A DNA stretch of 58,916 bases, counting the filler, from Basidioascus undulatus (taxonomy: Eukaryota): the NCBI GenBank assembly GCA_000826855.1. It is 6 parts of 6 records of this genome, joined end to end, with 100 filler letters (N's around TTAATTAATTAA, not from the genome) between each part and the next. Parts side by side here need not be neighbours in the genome. Positions count along the whole stretch, not along the records: positions 25,656 to 52,534 come from JTLS01000177.1; positions 52,635 to 58,916 come from JTLS01001770.1; 4 more parts are not named here. One strand, given 5' to 3'. A model generated the notes under the pieces. That model was given only the letters and a program-made list of their open reading frames with translations, did not search any database and was not told where the DNA came from. A program made the translations under genes and the position numbers. Every line of letters starts with the position of its first letter. The stretch's first letter is position 1. Positions 41,832 to 52,692 of this stretch are shown here, piece after piece.

Positions 41832-42764
41832 ATGGCGCATCACCTAAAGACCGACATAGACTGGTGCATTGTCGATTTCCTCACCCAGCATGCGCACCAG
41901 CAGGCTTACGAGCACCCTCGGGACGTCCTCGATACTCTTCTCGCTCTCACCATGATCTCGCACGAGGTCAGAGATATCGCGCTCCTGCACGTATATCGGA
42001 GGATCGTTCTCCGTTCTCCATCCGGACTCGCGGCACGGCCTCTCTGACCAGCGTTCGCTCGCGGCCTCGAACCATCTGGGCCGCGTCGCTTCTCCTGCTT
42101 TCTATGATGCCCCATACTACGGAGTTATTGGAAGCGGCAGGTATCCGCCACTCATCTATCCTTACATATCCCAGATCCAATACTTGGCGCGGCGGTAGGT
42201 ACCCGCCCCTCACTGACCCGACCGCATCCGAGATCTGCACCCTGGTCGACCTCCTTCGAGCGGTGCAGCTAAATCTCCGTCAGCTCCTCGTCGATAACGT
42301 GACTTTGCAAGCTCTCCAAATGGAGCGCAACCGGAGATAAAGATATTGCGGCTGCCGTGCGAGGACTTCTTGAGTCCTCGCGAACACGCCCAAATCGAGG
42401 CTGATCAGACTCATTGCACTGGTGGCGGACACCTCGGTGAAGCAGCGGGTGGCCGGCGCAGTTCGGGACACAGGCGACCCTACGGGAGCCAGCAGTGCTT
42501 CTGATTGCCTGGAAACACCTGTATCAAGATCCTGTCTTCAGAAATGACTGGAAAGGCAGCGTCAGGCAGCGGTCGTGCGTGAACAGGGTGCTCAGCCTGA
42601 GAGGGGAGAAGCGATGCTCGGCCCTCGTTGGGCTCCCTGTCTTCCCCGTCAGTAGACTAACGGAGACAAATGGTCTTCTCCTGGAGCAGATTTGGGCGGT
42701 TGGTGCATGTAGAGAACGTAGTATCCCTGTTACAAATACATCACATATTTATTTAGGACATTGA
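41832..42764 (+). pseudogene. degenerate F-box-like (basidiomycete expanded family) gene
   Basis: DIDWCIVDFL...TLLALTMISHEVRDIALLHVYRRIVL F-box-like N-terminus, followed by frameshifts and stops (42045, 42338). Confidence 0.55.
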
Positions 42765-42774
42765 AAGCAACATT

Positions 42775-42848
42775 GGCCGCTTAACTCAGTTGGTTAGAGT
42801 GTGGAGCTAATAACTCCAAAGTCGCAGGTTCGACCCCTGCAGTGGCCA
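42775..42848 (+). tRNA. tRNA-Ile(AAT), intronless
   Basis: GGCCGCT/AGTGGCC acceptor stem, ACTC/GAGT D-stem, TGGAG-CT-AAT-AA-CTCCA anticodon arm, GCAGG-TTCGACC-CCTGC T-arm; oligo-T terminator about 8 nt downstream. Confidence 0.98.
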
Positions 42849-43849
42849 ACCAAGTCTTTTATTTTGTGGATCTCATTTTTGCTTCGTACACCGTTTCCAG
42901 GACGCACGTCGAAGAACGAAAGCAGTGCGAGGTAGTGAGAGATCGGATCGCACTTAAATGCTCTGACCTGCTTTCTGGGTCGTTCTCCCCGCCTACGTTC
43001 AGCAATCCCTAGTACTGCGCAGTCAGTGGCAGCTCTTGATCACCGTTATGAACCGTCCACGCCGCAGTCGTGAAGCCGACCAGCCCGCGCAGCCCCCAGC
43101 CATGCCCATCAATGCCCATGCCCGCATCCGGCAATGCGCGGGTTGCGCGTGAACGGCACGGCTCATTCGGTCGCCCAACGGCCTCAGAAAGACAACTGAT
43201 ACGGTTTGAACCTGTTGGTGCATGTTGAGGAATAAGACTGTCTGCAGGCCGTGTAGCTTCCAACTGAGGAACGCAAGAATGCCACATTTTCGGCGGTGCT
43301 CGCCCGCTGAGGATCGTTGTGGCAGGCACGTATTCGAATTACAAATCTTTACGAATCCGGAAAACGTTTATCAACCTGGGTATGACGGCTATTGAGCGAA
43401 TGCGCTGGGTTGCAAGTTGATCAGAAAAGGTTCTTCTATATTCGACGAGACGCAAATGCATCGCGACAGGTACTGCAAAGGCCCTCCTGTCAGATAGGTA
43501 CCTTCATGGGTGAAGATGGCAGCACGCCACAACGCAGCCTGAGCACTGGACTATAAAAGTCCGCATCTGTATGGGGCAGAATGACAGCCTTTTGCGAGGT
43601 TCCTACCTTTCACGTTGGTGGGCTTTTCCTGGCCGAATCTACTTTTCTGGGCTGCGGCTCGCAAGGGGCTGCGCCGCTGTGTGCTCGCCGCTCTGAAGGA
43701 TATAATTCAACTTGGGTGCTGAGTGGGAACGCTGCACTCCCCTCTTGACGACATTTCTCACTGTGCTTGTTGAACCGACACCCGTGCTGTGCTTCACGAG
43801 TTCCACACCCTCCCGTCTTTCCACCTCTCTTGCGCTTGGCGCGACTGTA

Positions 43850-45166
43850 ATGTCGACGATAACCTACGAGAAGCTTGAACAAGAGCTCAAGCACTGCCGC
43901 GAGACGGGCACGCCGTTCGACATGAAATCGGTGCAGAAGAAATACAACTTGGCTGCTAAACGACAGCTGGTTAAACGTGTAAGTCGCACATCTTTCCTGC
44001 ATCATGACTGGGTTGCGCTGCGTGTCAATGTATATCTTACCGGGCTGGACTGACCCATTTACCCTGTATCTCCATACAGTTAGCCAAACTCGAAGCTGCC
44101 CATCAAGTTGGCAAGACGGGCGCCGACCTCGACTCGCGACTAACCGTCTTCCGGCTGACGCACGACCAGCTTGCGGAAAGGATCAGGGCGGGGGCCACGT
44201 GGGCAGAGTTAGGCGAGGAAGGGGGTGTCAAGTCGACTTGTGAGTGTGCGATCAACGGCTGAGATGTGGGTAAATGACGCTGATCATAACGACGCGCTTT
44301 GTAGATGCCCAAGCTGTCTGGGGAAGCATCCAAGTGCGCGCCGCGTTTCAAGTTCCTTGTAGCAAAGAGACGATGACTGACACAGCTTCACAAAGCACAA
44401 ATACCCTGGTGTGTCATTCAATTTCGTAGACGCCATGTCCGCTAAAGTACCAATGTACTGACGCTGCAATCGTATTTCAGGCGTCAAGTACATGCACGGC
44501 AAGGGCCGGGGGCGCAACGGCCACCCCGTCACGGAAGAGGACCGCCAAACTGTCTTTCAGTTCAAGACAGGACAGATAACTCGCTCGCAGGCGTACGAGC
44601 GTCTGACGGCTTGCGGGCGGACCCGCGGAGGAGCGAAGCAGATTCTGAAGTTCGTCAGTTTCACCATCCCATTCTCCAGTTCGCGTGGCGCTTCGGTCAT
44701 CTGAAAACGACTACTCCCTAATGCAGCAAGAAGGCCTCGCACGTATCCCAATCGCGGGAAGCTTCCTCTGCGTCGTCGGCAGCGTCAAGGCCTTCCCTGC
44801 TCACCTCTTTGCTTACCCGCTCGCCCTCGCCCGCCCTTTTCGAAAGCCCGACCACTATATCCTCATCGCCCGTTGGTCATACCATCGCTCTCCCGGTCGC
44901 TGCGCTCCTCAGGGACGACCATAAACACCCCGCGCAGCCGTTTCGCCCGCCGCGACTGCGAACCAACGCGGAAGGATGCGCTCCGCAGGCCTCGCCGCAG
45001 CGGCATCTCGGGATTGCGTTGGTCTCTAGCGGGGAGGAGTAAGGGTAACTGTGAAGGGCAGGGGTCGCAAATAAGACATGAGCCGTTAAGGGACGAAAGT
45101 GATGATGGTGAGAGTATGGAGGAGGAATTCGATGAGATAGACGAGCTTGAAGCGGAAAACCCATGA
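43850..45166 (+). CDS. multi-exon hypothetical (orphan) protein, possibly frameshifted near the 3' end
   Basis: MSTITYEKLEQELKHC..; GT-AG introns join LAKLEAAH.., YAQAVWGSIQ, HKYPGVKYMHGKG.. in frame. The acidic tail EFDEIDELE lies in another frame. Confidence 0.45.
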
Positions 45167-45239
45167 AAACTTTGCCCTTTCTTTGAGTGTCGATGTCGCC
45201 TTCGTGGAACTTTCCGTCCGCAGCGGCTGCCGAATTCAG

Positions 45240-46155
45240 TTACAACAGTATTGGATGGATCATCCCAAACCCCCTTTCGCGTACAAGCATGTGAAATGCC
45301 AGGTGCAACTCATCATCGAGAACCCACACCGTCCCCTCCAGCACGCTCTGCTGGAACACCTCCATCCCTGTTTCCATTATACCCCTTTCCCGCTTCCATC
45401 TCTTGCAAATGATCTTGACATTGCCCACCGCCACCCCCAACAATTCTCTCTCCAGCGCGACCTCGAACTCCACCTGGTGTTTCTCCTGGCAAATTCGCGG
45501 ACATGCCCAGTAGTATCTTCTTCAGCGCGCTCCCGTGGGCTGGCGAGTCAAGAAGTCGCGTATGCCTCGCAGCTCTTTTTGCGGGCGACGGGCGTTGATG
45601 CCGCCTACGGCGAGGCTTTCGAGCCTAGTGAAGCTGAGGAGCACGTCCATGTCCTCGGTCGAGGTGAAAACATATGTGATCGTAGCGAGCCACCGGAGAT
45701 TCGAAAAGTCGGGGAGGTCGTAGCCAGTAGTGAAGGGGGTGTCGGATGTTCTGACCCAGGCGAACTCACGCAATGGTACACGAGGCGGAATGGGTTCATC
45801 GGGCGACCCGTCCGAAGGGGCACCAGATGGAGATGCTGCATTCGAACATGCGCTCGAGATGGGGCATCCGCTCACATATCGTGTTGCCAGCGTCCTCAGA
45901 ACAGAATTCGGGAAGCGTGAGCGAGCGGGTGTGAGCGAGAAGTTCAGGGCGGGTAGCGGCTGTGCGCGCGAGATGCCAGGAGTAGAGCACGGGCGTAACA
46001 AGCTCGATGTACGTGCGCGATACGAGGCTGAGAGAGAGCAGCACAGATAAGTCGGCTGCGGGAGCGTACGCGAGCGGGACCGAAGGCCCGGACGACGCTG
46101 CGAGATGAGCGAATATGAGCCGGTGGACACCGTAAGGCAGTTCAAGCGGAGACAT
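45240..46155 (-). pseudogene. degenerate F-box/LRR-like gene
   Basis: MSPLELPYGVHRLIFAHL...LLSLSLVSRTYIELVTPVLYS, RMPHLE, SFTRLESLAV. At least two frameshifts (~45830, ~45520). Confidence 0.65.
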
Positions 46156-46489
46156 GGCCGCTGCGAGAGGGGTTCGACGGCCGGTGATGTTGGTAACGTG
46201 AAGAAGACGGTAATACTGTACCGGTAATTAATTCGTCGATACGGTACCATAACGTACTCGAAAGAACGCATGTGCATCTTCGACGGCCGACCTCATGGCG
46301 TTATTTCAAGGCTGTTCAGGTGGGGAAGACGTATGAGTGAAGTACACCTGCCGGCAGTGCGCTTGCAGCATGCGTGCCGTATGGACGCGTGAGCGACTCG
46401 GCTAGTGTCCTTGTATCTCCTCTTAAATCCCACTCGCCTCTCATCATCCTCCTCCCTCCAATTTCTACCCTCATCAGAACTACAGTAAC

Positions 46490-47669
46490 ATGCCGCATAT
46501 TCACAAGACCGATCTCTGCGTCAGCTACCTCTGGGCGGGGTCCGCTATCCTCGCAGGCAGCGCCCTGGTGTTCAGCGCGCTGTTCGCCCGCTTCGGGTAC
46601 CACAACCGGGCTATCCGCATCAGAGCCATATACTCCGCGTTTGCCGTAGCCGCCAGAATCTCCACTTTGCGTCGACCATGGGATAGCTGGAGGTGGTAGG
46701 AGCATGGCTGATCGACGGACGGGTGTGTGGGGGTGGGCTTGTCCAGGTCTCGTCCCTTCTCATGGCCCGCGATCATGGGAACTACGCACACGGACACAGC
46801 TTCGATGGGAAAGGGAACATTCAGCGTGAGGTGTTCTTCACCCGCTACATTCGTGCGTACCTCTCCTACTCAGGCTACGGCCCTTCAATGATTCCGTTTG
46901 CCGCCTGCTCACCCAAACATGTGAATCGTCTGGCCTACAGAATGGGCCCTCATTACGCCGCTGCTTGTGGCCGTTGCTTCCATCGTTGGCCGTATCTCGT
47001 CCAAGGAGACAGCATTCCTCTTGCTGGCCGGTGTGTGCTAACCAGCCTTGGCGCCAGCCTTACCGGCACTGTATTGTCCGTGCTGGGTCTTACTGGACGT
47101 TTCCTGTCATCGAGACTGACGGGTTGTGGATGGGGTACCTGTAATTCAGGGAGTCCGGATTCTGATTCATGGCCACCTTCCTGTTGGTCGTGCGCTCGCT
47201 GGCGGACTGTTCGCGTCGGCGCTGCGTACGTCTAAACAGCATTCTTTCCTTTGTCCTGCACCCCCAGCACAGACATTGGGCTACCCAGTTTATTGACTTA
47301 GTCCTGACAGGCACTTGCTCAACTTCACACCAGACCGTTTGGCCGACCTGCCCCGTCCGAGACCCGCCGTCTCGTGGGCGTCGCCGCCGTGCTCGCCGCC
47401 GTGCTCGCCGGCAGCCTGGTGCTGTCCCCGGTGGTTCTCGTCCTGACGCTGTTCAGCGGCATAGTCGGGTGCGTGATTCTTCCTGTCCTATTTGTCTATT
47501 CGAGCTCACCCTGACGTGCGCGTTCATCGAAACAACGATGACACCAGCCCCAACGCCGAGATTACGCTGTACGCGCTCGGCGACCTTCAGCGTCACCGTG
47601 CTTGGCCTCGTTGTTCTGCTCGACCTGCGTAACAGCGAGGACTACGGCAACATTAGGCTGCAAGAGTAG
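46490..47669 (+). pseudogene. opsin-related protein (microbial rhodopsin fold, Hsp30/Yro2-like) pseudogene
   Basis: Helix A YLWAGSAILAGS; helix B-C LMARDHG..REVFFTRYI|QWALITPLL; helix F SLVLSPVVLVL; helix G PNAEITLYALGD..VLGLVVLLDLRNSEDY. First donor reads TTGCGT; 27-nt residual intron; frameshift in helix G. Confidence 0.75.
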
Positions 47670-47978
47670 GCCTAGGAGACCTGAACTGCGGAGATGGGGG
47701 ACCGGATGTGGAGCGAGAGTTACTCGAGGCCTCAGCCTTGAGCAACTGCGGTGGAAGACGGAACGTTGGATGTGTTGAGCCTGTGCGGGGATAGCTCGCC
47801 AGCTTTTCCACCATTTTATTCCCCCTCCATCTCTGGAGGTGTGGCTTACAGCTGTGGTTAGTGCTGGCTTCCGTCGCGAAAACGAACAAGAAGACGAGTA
47901 GATAGTGTGAAATGAAGTCGCAAGCGTCTGGAGCAGTTGTGATCAGCAGGCCAATACATAAACAGGGCATGCAGGATT

Positions 47979-48608
47979 CACAGGGAAAAAAAGACCATCT
48001 TATGGTCAGCCATAAGCTGGCGTTAGGCCAATGATGTCTCGCCTGATGTCCAGCCGACATCAGGTCGCTTTATGTCTGCCTTATGGATGTCTTAGGGCTT
48101 CGCTTGCAATAGAAGGTTGGCTCGGGTTGTAAAGTGGCTCAAGTGCCAAACAACGTTCAAAAACATGAGTACAGATGGCTGCCTTTGACATGATGTAAAA
48201 GTTCATTCGAGGTACTATTTTTCTATCACAAAATACAATTCTTGATCCTCATATTCATCCAGTGGGCAGCCCAGATCTCGATCGAGATAAGACCTGGGGA
48301 AACCTAGCGCACGCGGCGTCAGCGTCGAAAGTCGTGCGGGAAAAACGCCTTGAAACCCCCAGCATAAATTACTATAGGTTATACTGAATTCGCTAGTAAA
48401 TTACTAGTGATTCTGCCCGCCAGCATATATGTCCTGTGGGTTTTCAGACGGCCGTCATGCGTCCTTCAGGCGGACATCAGGCGTACATCAATTCGTGTGT
48501 GGCCGTCTAATGGCTCAGACATAAGACAGACGCGATATGTCTAGACAACATAAGCCCGATTGATAATCGACTTATGACCTGGCCATCAGGCAGCTTTTTT
48601 CGTTTGTG
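47979..48608. mobile_element. non-autonomous CACTA/EnSpm(CMC)-like TIR element (630 bp)
   Basis: Imperfect ~38-bp TIRs (CACAGGGAAAAAAAGACCATCTTATGGTCAGCCATAAG vs reverse complement CACAAACGAAAAAAGCTGCCTGATGGCCAGGTCATAAG). 3-bp ATT duplication at 47976-47978 and 48609-48611; subterminal GACAT(C/A)AG motifs in both orientations. Confidence 0.75.
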
Positions 48609-49365
48609 ATTGTGGTGTAAATGTTCGGTGCAGGTGCAGATTGCAGACGCAACGGTGGTTTTAAATCCGTTGTCGCACTGCTCAATCGCGTCGGCGCGAC
48701 CTCGAGCAGGTATTGTGAGCGGCGACTGGGACCGAGATACGGACGATGTGCCTTTCCGTGCTCCTTTCTTTGAAAGAGAAGCGAGCCGTGTGTGCTACGA
48801 AAGGCTTTCGTTTTTCAATTCACCTTCAGTCACCATGCCCCTCGCAAATTGTGCAGGGGGCGCCTGTGAATCACTTCGTCGGCGCCTGCAATCAGAAACC
48901 GTTCGCATCGGCGGATATATGGTGTGTGCGCTTTATTCTTCTTCTAAAGATGCGCAGGCCCAATACCACAATGGCGGAGCCCAGAGGAGGAGATAGTACT
49001 ACGTGTCTCTCCGACGGACTTAGCGGTCAGAGGTTCCGGTGATTGTCGACAGGATGAGGGCGCCGATAGGGGGTTGGCCGAGGGCATTGAGTAATGCTGG
49101 TGGACTCAGTGAAAAGCCTACCGTGAATGGGGAAAATTGGGAGGCTATCAGTGGTCAGCGGGAACAACAACACCGAACTCCGCCTCGGAGGCTCGGCGGT
49201 GGAATCTCCGGTTGGGCGCGGTCAGTGAGGTCATGCGCCTTGGGGAGGAAGACCTCGTCGAATCCATCGTCTCTTGAGTTTTCTCCAATACCATCACCAC
49301 CACAACCCATTACATTCACTCCCATTCCCAAGCAATTAGTAGATCGGAACAGCAGAAGGACTAGA

Positions 49366-50815
49366 ATGGCGCAGGAAGCTAGAGCGAGGCCTGTTATTCT
49401 TGATACCGACGGTAAGCGTCCTCGGCCTCCTGACGGTGCGTGAGGAACCGCTGATTTTGCTGTTTGTTTCTCAGTGAGCTTCTACAGATCCGCACTAGAC
49501 TAGAGGCATGTCACAAAAGGCTGAGGATGTGCTCTATGCTCCTGATCCCTTGCAGCCCGGCGTCGACGACGTGCTCGCGATCCTCCTGCTCCTATCGCGC
49601 CCCTCTCCGTCCTCCCCGACTGCGTCCTTCGAAACCCCCATCATCCTCGACTCGATCACGGCCACGTTTGGGAACACGTCTGTCGACCACGCGTACAACA
49701 ACATCGTAAAGACGTTCCACGTCCTCCAGTCCCTGCCCGACCACGAGCGCGCGCGCTTCCCCGCCTTGCAGGACGGGAGAAAGATCCTATTCGGGAAGGG
49801 AGCGGACGGGCCGCTGGAGAGCGAGACAGCGCTGGCGGGATATTTTGTGCGTCCGTTCATGTTAACATGCTATCCCAACTCAGCGCTCAACCCCAACCGC
49901 CCTCCCCGCCCAGCACGGCCCCGACGGCCTGTCCTCCATCTCAGACACACACCCACACTTCACGCCCGCGCCCACAGCGCCGCTACCCGCGCCGCTCCAA
50001 GCGTCAACGCTCCCCTCGCACGCGCTCATCCTCGAGCGCCTCCGCGCGCACCCGCCAGGGACGGTCGACATCGTCGCCATCGGTCCGCTGACGAACCTCG
50101 CTATGGCGTTCCGCGCGGACGAGGAAACGTTCAGGAGAGTCGGGAGGGTGCTCGTTATGGGCGGGGCGCTGGAGGCGCCGGGGAATACCGCTCCGGAGAG
50201 CGAGTTCAACTTCTATGCGGATCGTACGTCTCTGCTCTCCTTCCCCGTGCTTTCAGTTCCCCGCTGACGGACGTGCTACGGCGATGTTCCCGACTCACAG
50301 CATACGCTGCCTCTCTCCTGACCACCGCCTCCCCGCCCCTCCCGATCTACCTCTTCCCCCTCGACATAACGACCGTGCACCGTATCCCCTACACGTCCCT
50401 CATCCCCCCTCTTCCGCCCACATCCTGCGAAGCCCCAGGCCCCTCCCCGACCCTCCGCTGCTACACCTCCTCCTTCCTCGCGCGCCCCCGTGCATTCAAC
50501 GCCTCGCGCTCCCTCCCCGATGCGTTTGAGGCGCACGACCCTCTCGCGGCGTGGGGCGCGTTCTACGCGTCCCTGGACGCCGCGCACGGGGGGTGGGAGG
50601 TCGTCTGGCGCGCGTTTGCGGTTGAGCGGGAGGGCAAATTGACGCGGGGGATGTGCGTGGTCGATCGGCGCGGGGGGACGGGCGAGGGACAGGGCGGCGA
50701 GGGCCGCACGGGGAGTGGGGAGGGGAAGAGCGGCGGCACGTGGGTGGTGAAGAGCACGCCGGGGATCGAGGTGTTTGAGAGGGAGTTTGTAGGCAGGGTG
50801 TTTGGGGAGGCTTGA
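49366..50815 (+). CDS. inosine/uridine-preferring nucleoside hydrolase (first intron is a stwintron)
   Basis: VILDTD|PGVDD, TFGN, YF|HGPDGL, AIGPLTNLA, VMGG..PGN, SEFNFYAD|P, PLDIT, HDPLA, TRGMCVVDRR. Confidence 0.95.
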
Positions 50816-51500
50816 GTGCCGGTGGAATGGAGGTGGATAGATTGGGCGATGTGCACGGGATGATCGCACGTTGTACTGTGGACTCTGTGTGCCAGGCTGT
50901 TCGGGCAGGTCTCAGCGAGGCCTTTCAGCCAGTTCTTGGCCTAATTGTGTGGCGTGAGGCAAACGCCATGCCCATCGACCCCTGTATACCAGTGTTTCTC
51001 GCGCACCCTCTAATGTCGAGTCGTTCCAGGCTTCAAGAATTCGAAGTACTTATATAAATTCTTTTTCGTTCGCAAGTCCTTGTTCAACATTGTCGTCAGA
51101 GGCCTCATGTTGCTCAATCATGCTTCCCCATGTCTACCGACTGGCCCTTCACATCCAGACCAACCGGCTCGGCAGCTTTTCCGTTCTCCACTTCCGAAAC
51201 AAAACCTAACCTGTCCGATCTCCAAGATTGAAGACCAAATTGCCCCTTCCGAAAGAAAGCGCGTTCCTCGAGCAGTTCGAATTGTCATCACCTCCGCTGG
51301 CGCTGTTCCTGCCCCTGCCGGCTTCCTGCCAGTGCCTCCGAGGCGTGTCCTCCGCGGACTGACAGCTGAGCGCTTTCTCCACCGTTGAAGGTATAAAACC
51401 TCTCCCTTAAGGGTTTTTCCTTCTTTCCTCACTTCCCCCTTCCCCGATTTGCCAATTTTCCGCCCTAGACCTTTCACTCGACCTCAATCCAACGTCTACG

Positions 51501-52104
51501 ATGCTCTCCTCCTCGCTTGAGCGCACCGTGACCAGCCTCGTCCACTCTGCTTCTCGTCGCACCAAATCTTCTCGTCCAAAGCGCTGGTTACGGACGACTT
51601 TGCAGAGCGCAACGCCGAACGTCTAACTCACAGCCTGCCCGCATTTCACGACCCGAGCAGTCAGTCTGACAAACTCCCCCCGCACCATTTCACAGGACCT
51701 CTCCAAGCTCCACGGTACCTCTTGTCGGGCCCTCACCCGCATCTACTCCGACATCGACGTCGACCACTTCCTTCTCCGCCCCGTCCCGCTCTGCCGCGCG
51801 ACCCCGCAGCAAGTCGACGACCTCCTGGCGTTTGTCTTCGCCGTCGAGCGCGAGCATGTTGCGCCCAGGCCGCTTTGGTACCGTAATGTCTAACCTGCAA
51901 CACTCAAGGAAGACGACCTCGAAGGGCTCGAAGACCTGCTCGACGCCTTTCCTATTCCCCCTCCGCGACGTCGAGCTCGAGCGGCCCACGTCGCCCTGCT
52001 CGTCGGTCTCCTCGTTGGGCTCGCTCACGCCGCCGGCGAGCCCGCATCCAGGCGGGGGTGGGACTCGGGTGAAGGGTGGCTCGCCTAAGAGGGTGCGGTT
52101 CTAG
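51501..52104 (+). pseudogene. small hypothetical gene, probably disrupted
   Basis: TATAAAA at 51392-51398, pyrimidine-rich leader, ATG at 51501. The protein-like frame (RIYSDIDVDHFLLRP..VDDLLAFVF..LEDLLDAFPIPP) is interrupted by TAA near 51890. Confidence 0.3.
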
Positions 52105-52450
52105 AGGAGAGGACTGTATGGTGGGCGCGGGCGTGAGTGACCTAGGACACACGAGATTTGAGTCGGCGGGACTGTGTGCTGAGCTTGCTGCTTTCTGGCT
52201 TGTGGGGAATGACTGTACTTTGTAGATCAACTGTCGTTGTTATATCTTATCGAACTTTCCTCTCCCTTCCCTCCATTACTCAAACTGCGTAACTTAACAG
52301 AATGTCGGCAGCGGACAATGCGACTGAAAGCTTTTGTCGTCGCTGCTTTCAAAAGGGATGCCTCTTCAGTCGTGTGCACACCTCTTAGGGTTGTCGCTCT
52401 GACGTTAGGTGGATGTTTGTCGGTCTGGTACACCAACAAAAATAAAACTC

Positions 52451-52456
52451 AAAAAA
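52451..52456 (-). terminator. RNA Pol III oligo-T terminator (T6)
   Basis: TTTTTT begins 2 nt after tRNA position 37 of the 5' half. Confidence 0.75.
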
Positions 52457-52457
52457 G

Positions 52458-52530
52458 TCGTAGTCAGATACTCTACCATTGAGCCAGCCGGCCGTGACCG
52501 ACGCAGGGATCGAACCTGCAACCCCCTGAT
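52458..52530 (-). tRNA. tRNA-Arg(ACG) in permuted order: 3' half (nt 38-73; 52530-52495), 1-nt spacer C (52494), 5' half (nt 1-37; 52493-52458)
   Basis: Halves reassemble into a complete 72-nt cloverleaf: GGCCGGC/GTCGGTC+A, GCTC/GAGT, TCTGA-CT-ACG-A|A-TCAGG, GCAGG-TTCGATC-CCTGC. Confidence 0.8.
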
Positions 52531-52534
52531 CGCG

Positions 52535-52634
52535 NNNNNNNNNNNNNNNNNNNNNNNNNNNNNNNNNNNNNNNNNNNNTTAATTAATTAANNNNNNNNNN
52601 NNNNNNNNNNNNNNNNNNNNNNNNNNNNNNNNNN
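52535..52634. other. artificial contig linker
   Basis: N44-TTAATTAATTAA-N44. Confidence 0.98.
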
Positions 52635-52692
52635 CTTGAACGACTGACCTCGTCATTACTAGTGACGCGCTCTACCACTGAGCTAAGGAGGA
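52635..52692 (-). tRNA. tRNA-Thr(AGT), 3' end lost at contig edge
   Basis: TCCTCCT-TA-GCTC-AGTGGTA-GAGC-G-CGTCA-CT-AGT-AA-TGACG-AGGTC-AGTCG-TTCAAG; AT-rich upstream. Confidence 0.9.

Noticed and set aside
52495..52692. tRNA 3' half left of the gap and tRNA 5' portion right of it read as one gene or a split tRNA
   Set aside because: The stems do not match (TCCTCCT cannot pair with GTCGGTC; anticodon stems differ), the Thr fragment already has its own T-arm, and the join is artificial.
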